64,000 bases of DNA from Lepidodermella squamata (Eukaryota; Animalia; Gastrotricha). Each line of letters starts with the position of its first letter. The first letter of the stretch is position 1. A program made the translations under genes and the position numbers. Positions 32,101 to 43,150 of the stretch are shown here, piece by piece. A model generated the notes under the pieces. That model was not told where the DNA came from and made no database searches. It saw only the letters and a list, made by a program, of their open reading frames with translations. The stretch spans positions 124,001 through 188,000 of the forward strand of contig JBLDXI010000046.1 in the NCBI GenBank assembly GCA_047495785.1, written 5' to 3'.

Positions 32101-32398
32101 AAACAAGATTTCCTACATGTACTTGACCTATATCTCTGTGTTTTTGAGATTTTGTTGAATAAAATAATGATTTTAACCAGGTTTTTTCGTGATATTTTCT
32201 AAAATTTATTGCAAATTTTGTGAAGAGTACAAATTGAGCAAGATAGCGTCAAGATTAATCAAGGACAACACTAATGCTGAGAATATAAATTGAGGAGGAA
32301 TTAAAAAAAAATCAAGTTCGGAAAATTTCTTTGCGCCAAGTAGGATCCTCGAACCTCGAACCAGAGAGCAAAGTAGGACAGCAGAACTGGTTGGGATA

Positions 32399-32672
32399 GG
32401 GTAAGGTAACCTAAATCTGCATAAAAAAATCTGCAGTTTAGGTTCAGAAGTGAAGCTTTTATGCAGATTTATGGCACTCTCGAGCGATTTTAAATTTTTG
32501 CCTTTTTGACTTTCAGCAACGATGGCTCCCTAACGGTAAGGAATTGGCTCATGAGATTTTGTGAGCTTACTGGAATAAGTTCTGACTGTTTATGGTCAAA
32601 ATATGAACCCGGAGAACCTCATGGTTATGAAATGGCAAGCTTTTTTTTATGCAGATTTAGGTTACCTTAGCC
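32399..32672. mobile_element. MITE of about 274 bp with about 30-bp TIRs
   Basis: GG(G/C)TAAGGTAACCTAAATCTGCATAAAAAAA at both ends in inverted orientation, flanked by TA on each side. Confidence 0.75.
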
Positions 32673-32968
32673 TAAGGTTTCCCGATATATGGGGAAATCG
32701 ATATAAGGTTCCCCCTTTGGTCTCTGACGACTTCACCGTTCATAGATGATCTTTACCATCTCCAGTGGTACATCGCTCTCTACCTCGAACTAGGGGGTAT
32801 AGTTTTATGACCAAAATGTCCCCACCACCCATTGGGTTTTTCAGGTTTTCAACCTGTCTTGTTTTGGTTTTGGTTCTTCGTTTTCTTTATTTTGGCTTGA
32901 AATGAGATCTAAATTAGCTTTTGTATTTAATTTATTCAATTTTGCTTTCACAGCTCTAGCTTCAATAG

Positions 32969-34580
32969 CTAGAATATCGAAAGCATTTTACAAAAAATGT
33001 ACGTATCCACAAGAATTACTAGAAGGGCCGTTATGCCGAAGAACATGGCATCAACAAAACGAATAAGGGTCATTCCCATGACGCCTGTCATGATTTTTTG
33101 CTGAAATGTAACCTGATTCGCCAGTTCGTTGGCTATCAGCGTGTACGTTGTACACAGAACAGAGGCAGCCTGATGGCAGACAACAATAAGAAGCGTGTAC
33201 GGGATCTGGCTCGAGTTCGGTATCATATTGCTGATGATGGATTGGTAAACAGAGAAGGCTAGGACTACAGTGCCGCAAAATGCCGGCCTATCAGGTGCGT
33301 CGGGTTGGAGGAACCCGCAGGCGAAGAGGAGAATCGTGAGAAACATACAGGGCAGAAAGATGTTGATAACATAGAGCGAGGGGCGTCGTTTAAGGTGCAG
33401 TGAAAAAGCTCCGCGATCGAAAAATACCGTCGGTTCGTCAGTGTAAGCGATCTGAAGTTTCGAGGATTCGATGCCCTCCAAAGTCCAAACGTCCATCTCT
33501 GTAATGAATCGACCATCCGATTCGGTCATAACGGCAAACGATACAGAATCAATTTTCGTGTGTTTTATACTCAGAGCCATTTCGAAATTGAACGTACAGT
33601 TCTGCTCATCGAATGGAAAATTGATCAACCTAAAGAAGAAATATAAATTAACTGTTTATCGACGATAACATGGCCGTTAACAAATGAAAAGGGGGGTTCG
33701 GCGAATTTTCTGTATTTTTCGGCAAATGGCAAAAACTGGCTTAACTTGAAGTGGGAAGATTCTTGGATTCCTAGATGTTCTTACTCAGCTTTTCTTAAGG
33801 ATTCAAAATTCAGACGTCTAAGAGGCCAGTGTGCGACTTTCAGAGGGGTGGGGGATGGGGGGATTGATGCTATTAAAAATGCATTTTTTAAGCGCGCATT
33901 TTTCGCAATTTTCACCCGTTAACTTTGAAGCCCATTTTCTCAGCAACCCTGATGACTATCAAGCTCTTTTTGATATCGTTCGACTCCTCGTTCATTGATC
34001 CTCAAAGCGACATCAAAATCTCACGGTGAAAAAATTCGCCAAGCCTCAATTTTTACATGTTAAATGTCATAATATGGGATAGGACCAACTCTAAGGCACA
34101 TTTTGCTGAGACGTATCCATCGGCGAGAAAGGAAACTGTTCCATCATGAGAGTATCGGACATGGCCCCGATCGAATAGGCGTTGCAGGTACATGTCATCT
34201 TCAGAATTCATCAACTGAACGACCGGGTGCCAAGTTGCGGCTGTGTCGCTGGTTGCGGAAAACCACGTTACGCCGCCCCATTCTGAGATGTTCCACCGGA
34301 CACATGGATGCTGCCAGTATAGTGTCAGCTCAGCTGTGATGCCTACAGTCTCCGTTTGTTCAATCAGCTCACGGAAGTAGGTTGGCTCGAATTCAAGGTC
34401 GACCGTTATCGGGCCGCATGAGTTGCGTGGGATCGTCCTCTCAAATACGTCGCATTGCACGTGAAATTTCCGCCTCAGTCGCGATTCTGTCGGCGAGAAT
34501 ATATTATCGTTATCTTGGGCTAGCCTAGAGGCAGCCAACGACAAAGTTAGAACAAATCTATAGATAACCATGTCATCCAT
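32969..34580 (-). CDS. Cys-loop ligand-gated ion channel subunit, nAChR/5-HT3-like orphan (exons about 34580-34090, 33629-32969)
   Basis: A phase-2 intron rebuilds the Cys-loop CALELINFPFDEQNC; WHP, L-x-LKRRP-x2-Y-x2-N-x2-LPC, four TM helices. Start may be 34580 or 34571. Confidence 0.85.
33882..34020. repeat. Dispersed repeat (MITE-like) in the channel intron; second copy at 50105-50250
   Basis: Shared CATTTTTTAAGCGCGCATTTTTCGC-x-ATTTTCACCCGT-x-AACTTTGAAGCCCATTTTCTC...GATATCGTTCGA...CATCAAAATC. Confidence 0.75.
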
Positions 34581-36028
34581 TTGTAGTCGATCTGAGCATA
34601 GGGATTCTTGGCTAGCATGTAGAAGGGTCATTGGGGTAGTCACTATTCAAGCACCATTTCGGTTGCTGCGATGCGCGTTTTAAGTCGTAGGCTAATATTT
34701 GTTCTTTGTATATATTGGCTCAATTCCGGGCCCCCCTTAGTTCCGTGCAGGGTAAAATTCAAAAATTCCGCCTTTTCCCTCTTTTTCTTCACGCGAGTTT
34801 AATAATTTTAATAAATATTAAATTAAAATCTTTATCTAAACAAAAACTAGAATTATTTTAAATATTTACCATAGCGACGTAGTTATCGGGGGATTTTGAG
34901 TTTTTGCCAAGTCCAGTCGCCGCGTCGCCTGACTTTCCCTATGCCACATCTCAAAAACTACGACGGATTATGCAATTCTGTAAATTGCACCCAACTCACC
35001 GTGATCGAAATACTTAGAAATTGGTGTAAGAACGCGTGATCAGGAAATCAAGTAATTTGGCCCAAGTCTTAATGGAGACTTAGGTTATCTATCTGGATCT
35101 CAAGCTGTATATCCTGGAAGCTTAAATGCTGAATTGAACCACCTCAAAGTAGAACTCAGATGAAAAAGACAGGCTAGAATAACTAATTCATGTTTTATTA
35201 TCCATATCATTCACAATTAGATATCACGAGGAAGCAAATAATAAATATCAATCATTTTAGTCTCCGAGATTTTGCCTTTGAACTTTTGAGCAACTTTTGA
35301 GCCAGGCGGCGCTTCTGAGAGCTAGTCGGCATGTGTGTTGAAGCCGCGTCAGAAGGGCGAGCTGCTGCAATTAACCAGCTGGAAACAGATGTTCTGCCCC
35401 GCTTTCCTACTTGCTGCGGGCGGGAAGACCCGGTCGCGTATTTCCGTCTTCCGGTCGCCGTCGGTTGAACTCGGATTCTCGCCCCTATTCTATGGTCATT
35501 ATGTTTCGAAGAGCACCTGGCGAGAAACGACTCCAAAGAGGCCGAGCCCATGGCGGCAGCCTTCGATAGCCTCAGAGCAAACCGCTCCACCTGGTGATTT
35601 AACGTACTGCTAGAAGACGCTTTTATTAAATCAGCCACCTTCCCACATGCAACGTTGAAAGCTGATAATGTTGATTCGCACTCTACATCGGTTTTATCTT
35701 CACCAGGAGCCAATTCGAGGCAGCAGTCTTCGGAGATGGGACCAGTATTGCTGTCGATTGAAGTGACGGCAATCTTGTAAGTTGTACATTCGTCAGCAAA
35801 GAATGAGATTTCCGGAGCACTGCCAGTTGCGATGATAGACAACAACTGAAGGACTTCAGGCTCTCCAACTATCATATAGTTCAGAGGCAATGGGATTTCA
35901 TGATCTTTCGCTAAGGTCATTTGATGCTTGCAGATGCGACCACTCAAACCGTATGGACACGAACAGAGCCAGGAATTCAAATCAACCATATACACATCAC
36001 CATTTCCGGTAGTAATTTCAAACTTATA

Positions 36029-39000
36029 CAGGGTGTTCCTTTCGAAACCGAACATCCGCCGCGCGCGTTGGAAAATCGCGTGCTACCGCAAAATTTTATG
36101 CACAAAATTAAATATCCTTTTAAAAATATTTTTATTTTATTATGTTAATAATTTTTTTTAAATAAAAATTTTGTTGCTACGGAAAAGCGTGCTGCGCGAT
36201 GCCGCGCGTTTTCGCGTTGTAGCCGCTCCGCGCACCGCAAGTTCCCTGGCGCGCAACTTCTCCCCCGTAATTCCGCATTTTATCACCGGTGACGACACCT
36301 TTGTTAGTGTTTTTCTGACAGCATTTCAAGCATTTAATATGGCAGCCGGCGTCTTTTTTTCTAAATATGGCTCAATTAGATGTAACCGCTAAGCCTAAAC
36401 AAGCCTTTTTTGTGACGTTTTTCGCAGTTCTTGGGCGTTTAACCCAAGTGCGGTAATACCCTGCGGAAACAGTGTTTCTAAGTATAGTTATGTATTCTCT
36501 ACAAGATGACCACAGCCTTTCTTTAGGATGATGGTTATTTTTAGCAAGCTTGCCCGAACAGCCAGTCGGTCTTTCAGAGTAAAGATCTCAATATCACCAT
36601 GTTCAAGGTGGTCTATGGCTACAAATCACCCGTAAAAAACACTGCATCTCGATGTTTTCTTGTAAAGCAGAGTAAATACTTCTTAGCTACCGTGACTTTT
36701 TGGGGGGTCACCGCGGTTTTTCACTTGCTGCTGCTATGGATGCATTCTGTCCAGAAAATGGAGTTTTTCGGTATATTCGGAACATTTATGATATTAACAA
36801 ACAATTCAGCGGTCAAATGGGCACTCAAATGAGTGAATCTACTCAGAGACATAGATAAGTTGACAATAAAACAAGAAAAATTCGGTGTTGCCATACTAAC
36901 TCGTGAGCAGGATTGATCTCCTTCTGCCATACCTGCTGTGTTAGATCTCTTCATCTGGTCAGATGAACAATCTTCAAGATGGCCCCTAATGATGAAATCT
37001 GCTTTATTTGCATTGTTACTGACTGTTTTCTTGTAGAACAGAGCGTATATTTCTCAGTTACCATGTCTTTTTGAGGGGTCACCGTGGTTTTTCAGGTTTT
37101 ATGGCTTAGGATGAATTCAGACGTTGAAATGGAGTTTTTCGGGTTTATCGGAACTTTATTGATGTTAGCAAATCATTCAACGGTCAGATTGCGGTAACAT
37201 TGGTTGATTTTTCTTAGAGACTATATCAGTATGACAATTAAGCAGGAAAAAGCTGGTGTTGCCGCCGTAATTCGAGCGCAGGATCGACTTTCGTCTGCCA
37301 TACCCACTCCGGTTAGACGTCATCATTAGGCCAGATCAGCTACCTTAAAGATGGTCCATCTCTTAAAATAATCTGGCAAGAACAATCTTTCTCATCGTTT
37401 TCTTGTAGAATATAGTGTATATATCTTAGTTACCATTACTTTTAGGTTGGTCAGTGCGGTTTTTCGGTATTAGTGGCTTGGCATGCAATTTTCGGGTTTT
37501 TTCGGGTTTTTCGGAATATTTTTGATGTTAGCTGACAATGTAGCGGTTAGATTGCGGCTGAAACAATTTAATTTGCTATGAGACTATTTCAGTTTGACGA
37601 TAAAGTAGAAAAAAGCTGGTGTTGCCGCCATAACTCGAGCGCTGGGTCGGCTTTCCTATGTCATACTCATCCTTGTTAGAGGACGTCTCTACGCGTTGTA
37701 GCCGCATTCCTTCGTGATGTAGCGGTCATTAGAGTTCCATGCATGAATTTTAGTCATTATTTGAATATATAGCTATAAGCGTGTTAAAATTTTGCAGAAG
37801 ACTCAACTAAATCTCACGACAAGTTTAAATCCCCGCGGGACTGATATAGCATGAAAGCATAAAAGCGTTCCTAAACTCACTCTCTAACTGGTTTTTCTCT
37901 AGATATCTAGCGAAAGGCCGGCGGAAGGTACGGTTTCTCAATATCTTCTACCATCAGAAAGCTTCTCAAGAAACAGTAAATCTATGTGAGACTGCTGGAC
38001 TGATCTTACTGAACGTGTGCAGTTACGGAGATCGAAATGACGCTTATCAAAAGAGAAAGACTGACATCGTGCTGAACTTGGGAATGCCACAGTCAAAAAC
38101 AGTTACGCAGGCCACGACTACTAGTTGCCGCAAGGAAATCAATGAAATAGAACACAGAAACCACTGATTGTTATCAAACTGTTCCGGTAGCCGCCCCGCG
38201 CTGCCACAGACGAGTGATCAACGTCCAATTGCGACGAATTAGATCTCAGTTATCAGTCTCTGAGCGTTGTCTCAGTTATCCTGGCTGTCCTATAATCCGG
38301 TGATATCAGTGAAATCTTCACTGAAACGGTGCTATTATCTCACTTTTAACGACGTGCTCCGCCCCCGGATGCTACAAATTAGTATACAAGTGCAGCTTAT
38401 ATGACGCTTTGTTAGACACTTAACTTGATTTGAATGGTGCGAATGGTCTTGCCATGTTGATTTTCCTTGTTAAGGGTGCTAAGGATGCTAAATTAGTTAC
38501 GCTATGGAGACGCTATGGAGACGCTCGTCTTTGTTATGCGTTACTTGCTAAGGACATCCTTAATGGCTTTCAGTAAGGATGCAGCGTCACTGGTCCGCCT
38601 AGTAAGGGTGGCTACCTGAGACGATCCATACTCAGAATTCTCCGCCTCAACGTCTAAGCGATCTAAGGAAGTGATCTCGGATAGAGCTGTGCACCTTAAA
38701 TGACGCGGAATGCAGTCCATACGATCCTTAGGAAGGCAGTCCTTACTAAGCATGTAGTTGCCAGGGTTATGCATAGTAAAAGGCATATGAACCACTATCT
38801 ATGGTAAGGAAGTTTAACATGACGACATTACGAACGGCCGATATGAGCGGCAGAAGTTTAGCGGCTAAACTATATCAATCAAATCTATGATCACCTTGCC
38901 TTGTTATTTTATCGTTAGGCTATTTGAGTAAAATAATTTTAAGAGAAAATGCTCGATATAATCGCGGCAAAGCCCTTGAGATCAGCTTTGATCAATCGGG

Positions 39001-39753
39001 AATAGGGGACTGCGGCATCAATGCGGATGACTTGGTATAACAACACCAGGATGTGGAATTATTAATTATGAAGAAGGAGCAAATGTCTTACTCAGATCAG
39101 CGACATGTATAGATGTAATCGCGACACTTTGTAACCCGTCTTTCCATCCATTTATATGATGCCACTACCATTTTTACCGTGAAACAGCTTGTTGCATTGC
39201 ACTTTGGCAATAAAAGGGTGCATTTCTCTGATCCGCGGACTCAAACTTGAGCAATAATTTATCAGGGCCGCTGGATATACCATTAGCATCGTCAATGACA
39301 GCAGAAAACCACATTACACCGATGTCTTTTTGATCCCAGCGGTGAATTTCAACGGCGAAAAACCGCAATTTAAGGCTCTTTTTACCGATTTTGGGTATAT
39401 CACATCGCGGAAACTGGTGAGATAGATTAAGAAAAAAGGACGCGGCTATTGCATTCAGCTGGCTTGACTGACTAGAAATTTGTCAGGCATGTAGCTACGC
39501 GCTCGCTGACTATCTCGAGAACTGGGTTAGAAAACCCTCATTTCAGGCGTTTTAACGGCTAAAATTTGAAAACCAACGCGTCGACGTGGCAACGCGCGCT
39601 AAAATTCAAGGGCATTTTGCAACTGAAAATAAAATTAAAAATAATTATTAAAAGTGTTTAAAAATTATTTTAGTAAATTATTTTCTCAAATTAACCGGCA
39701 GATTTTTTTTTCGCGACTACGGCAGGATGTTCGGTTTTGAAAGGAACACCCTG
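36029..39753. mobile_element. Tc1/mariner-type non-autonomous element, 3725 bp, nested in the MULE transposase
   Basis: TIR CAGGGTGTTCCTTTC(G/A)AAACCGAACATCC at both ends with TA target duplication; no transposase motif recognised inside. Confidence 0.85.
36600..37680. repeat. Three degenerate tandem repeats of about 365-370 bp inside the Tc1/mariner-type element
   Basis: TTTTCTTGTA recurs near 36655, 37026 and 37398; GGTGTTGCC near 36884, 37255 and 37618. Confidence 0.75.
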
Positions 39754-39892
39754 TATGTTTCAAACTGAGAGGCATGCTCGATATCAGCATGACGGTGACG
39801 AAGCCATTCTGTTTTCAGCTCCCGACGTCCGGTTGAGTAATCCAGCAATTTTTTCTTAAAAAAATCGTTAAAATCAGCAATAATGAATTCGG

Positions 39893-40058
39893 CAGGGTGC
39901 GAAGTACAGGGGTGCTGGGGTGTCGCGACACCCCAGCTCCAGGACTCCAACCAGAGGAAGGCTGAAAAAACCACAGGTGAGACCCTTTGGTTTCTTCGGC
40001 TGGGTCCTAGAAAACAGGTGGAAAACACCTCAGCTCCCGGATCCTACTTCGCACACTG
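39893..40058. mobile_element. hAT-type MITE, 166 bp, nested in the MULE transposase
   Basis: TIR CAG(G/T)GTGCGAAGTA; perfect 8-bp TSD GAATTCGG (39885-39892 and 40059-40066). Confidence 0.9.
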
Positions 40059-42353
40059 GAATTCGGCCAGACAAACAGGATCGTAGGCACGAACTCTGGA
40101 GAGGATGATGTCCTTGATAATGCCAACACACCGTTCCACGATGTTATTTGTCATCTGACCCTCGCAATGCACAGACCGGAAAGCAACTACCCATTTCTCA
40201 GCATTCTTCAGATGTGATAAGAGGTATTCTCGGAGCTTTGAATTGCAAGCAACAAGCGGATCGGCCAGTAGCTCTTCCTTGCTACGCTTAAATTCCTCGG
40301 AATTGGAAGAATACGCAACTCGGTGGAACACTATATAAATGTAAAAAAAATAGGGAAACGCCATTCCGGTAATTCAGGTAACTTACGATCATAAATGCGT
40401 GACCAGCAGTCGTGAGGAATGCTATGATCCCGATTTATCGGCCACCGCCAAACAGCCTGTAATACGTGGAAGACACAATAAAACAGGCTGCTTCCGGGAA
40501 AGGCGGCTAGGAGACCTTGTTGTTCAGCCTCGCTCATGTCTGTTATAAAACATTTCACGTTTTCGCCTAACCATATCCGGGCAAGTTTGAACACGCGCTT
40601 ATAGCACTCGGTATCTTGATTACTATGAATCGCCACAACGCAAGGAAGGGCGCCTGCTGACGAGGCCGATATAAGCAACGTCAAACTGCAGTTCGTGAGG
40701 TCGACACTTGCTGTTGAGTCGCAGAATAGCAGCTTCTTCGCCTGAGCCACCATTGAGAAGACCCTTTCCATTAACGGAGTTCTGATAACAAGACCCCACT
40801 GACGCCGCTCATCTTCCTGCCACACCTTAGCATACAAAAACCATAATTAATCCAATTAACCAATGTATCCAAATAACCTGGAATTTGCAAACATCTGCGT
40901 GCTCCTTAGCAAATTTCTCTAATCGATCCAGCATGGCATCTTCTGTACGCTCACCATAAAGGCTAATCGTTTCGAGATCTTTGAGGTAATACCAGTCTCG
41001 AGTGGTCGGACATAGAGAACGATCAGCGGCGAGGATGGTGGGGTGAACGTCGGGGAAGCGCTGTTCCAGCTCGTTCTGGAATTTCATTGCCGCCTGAGTC
41101 ACCGACGCTGAGCTAGTAAGAAGTGCTCGCATTCGACTCTTCGTTTCTTCGCGCAAATCTTTATATCTCAGCGCTGTTCGCCCAAAAACGCATTGTGTGA
41201 CCAATTTATCTACAGCGGTGAATTGAATTACCTCTAATATTGTTACTGTTCAAGTTCAGTCAACTTACATCAACGAACACTGGGTGACTTTCGTATAAGT
41301 CGTCTCTTCGCAACCGCTCCTTCTTAGCTCGCCTCGCTAATCCGTCAGTTGATGGCAGAACAGTTACGTTGAAATAGGTTTTACAGCCAGTAATTTTTCG
41401 AAGATGGACCTCGATGTCAGAGTCAATGTTCTTCTTTACAGCTTTGGCACCCGGCTCAGCATTGGCTGCCCTCGATTTGTGTTCTCCGGTTTTGTGATCG
41501 GCTCTGCAGCATACCCGTTTCACCTTAGTCTCCACCTATTAATATTAGCATTTTCTTTAATGTTATCCATACCATCGAGCTTGACAAAGATACCTTAACA
41601 CCTTTAGAGTCCAAGTTTTGGTGAGGATTCTCCTTGAATTGGCAATTCAATGATTTCTCAACATATGTCACGAGTTTGTAAACATCGTAGCGAGGTAGTC
41701 GACACCTCAACTTCCAATCTGACTCCCGTTTTTCATAGCTGGTCAATATAGCATTACAACCGATGCTCGGAGGGAATATGTCTTCGACTTCAGCAGGCAA
41801 ACTCATTCAACAACTCAGTAAAGAGTGAACCCTAAAAATATCAGTCTTTGTGAGAAATAAGCGCTTCAATCCCCACGATGCATATCTAAATACTCGTTTT
41901 ACTGATCGCAAGTTATAACTGAATCTGCAGTCTTCCCTTCCATCAGCACTCAGCGATCTTCCGCTAAGAACCGCAGCCCTGGAACCGCATTTTTCAAAAT
42001 CACGTGATGATACAGTAATGGCTTCCATATTTTGTGATAAAATAATAAAAACATTTATTTAAAAATAAATTATCATTTTTAGTATACATGCGTGAAGAAA
42101 AGGCGCAAAATAGGCGATTTTTGAATTTTTTCCCTGCACGGAACTAAGGGGGGCCCGGAATTGAGCTATATATTGACAACCGAGTTGAAGATCGATAGCA
42201 GATATAAAACAGGGTGATCTGATTTCTATGTTTAACTGGCAATTGGCAGCGCATTATAAACTGAAGAAGGTTAATTTGGGTCACGTGACCAACGCAAAAC
42301 TGCGAAAAAATTCCCATTTCAGGCAACCCGTCATATCAGCAAATGCCCTAAAC

Positions 42354-42983
42354 CAGGGGTTCTCAAACTGGGGCACGCGTGCGACTTGGGGCATTTTGAA
42401 GGGCCGACGGGGAATGCGTGCGACTTGGGGCACGCCGGCCCATTTTTGTCCGTTTCCAGTTTTCTTAAACACCCACCAAAGAAATCCTGAAAGTGGTCTC
42501 CAGTAACAAATTTTCTGTTAGCCATGCAACTTTTAACGCATTCTGAGGCTATTTTCAGCTAAAAAAATGCCCGAAAAAGCGTCAGCTAAAGCTCGCTTCG
42601 CTCGCAAATGGGCTTAATAAGTGTTTTTTCGACCCGGAAAATTTCGAAGCCACAGGTAAAAACATTATCACCCCCAAAAATGAATCCTGGCTACGCCTCA
42701 GTCAACATTACGCTCTATTTTCGCACCGGTCTCAGTCGCACCGGGTTCTGGTCAAGATGACTCGGAAGATGACGGCGATGATTCTGCTTCCGAGTCTGAA
42801 GTTGGAACTCCTGTCACGAAAAAATCTGAGTAAGCCCCAAAGAAGAAGATCTATCACTTCAATTCAAAGTGGGAAGCCGATTACATGTTTTTCCACAATG
42901 AAGAAAAAGAGATATCTGCGTTTTTAGATGGATTTAATAGTGGGGCACGCGGCCTTGGTCGCGAAAAAGTTTGAGAACCCCTG
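42354..42983 (+). mobile_element. hAT (Buster/SPIN-like) internally deleted element, 630 bp
   Basis: TIR CAGGGGTTCTCAAACT; 8-bp TSD CCCTAAAC with central TA; remnant peptide KKKIYHFNSKWEADYMFF resembles the SPIN/GTF2IRD2-type N-terminus. Confidence 0.88.
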
Positions 42984-43150
42984 CCCTAAACAGTAAACGC
43001 GACGAAACAGCAAATGCGCGACAAAATAGCGAATTTTTCAGCTTGCGACATAACAGCAGAAAAATGGTACGAAATAACATAACAACAGCTGTTTTAGCGT
43101 CGTTCTTTTTTCACTCTCAGTCGTTGAATAATTTTCTGAATATTATTTAG

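Larger units (their letters stand above)
35252..41806 (-). pseudogene. MULE transposase with C-terminal SWIM zinc finger; spliced, disrupted by two insertions and an apparent frameshift near 41190
   Basis: FCDST (D1), FITDM (D2), CVFH (CxxH), TNNIVE (E), CSCPYGLSGRICKH (SWIM). Removing the nested elements restores CLAEF-IIADF and QFETY-KFEIT in frame. Confidence 0.88.
34718..42166 (-). mobile_element. Mutator-like (MULE) DNA transposon, 7449 bp including nested insertions
   Basis: TIR GCTCAATTCCGGGCCCCCCTTAGTTCCGTGCAGGG... at both ends; perfect 9-bp TSD TATATATTG (34709-34717 and 42167-42175). Confidence 0.93.

Noticed and set aside
36599-36954. ORFs on both strands within the 370-bp repeats
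   Set aside because: The sibling repeat units have stops in the same frames, so the repeats look non-coding.
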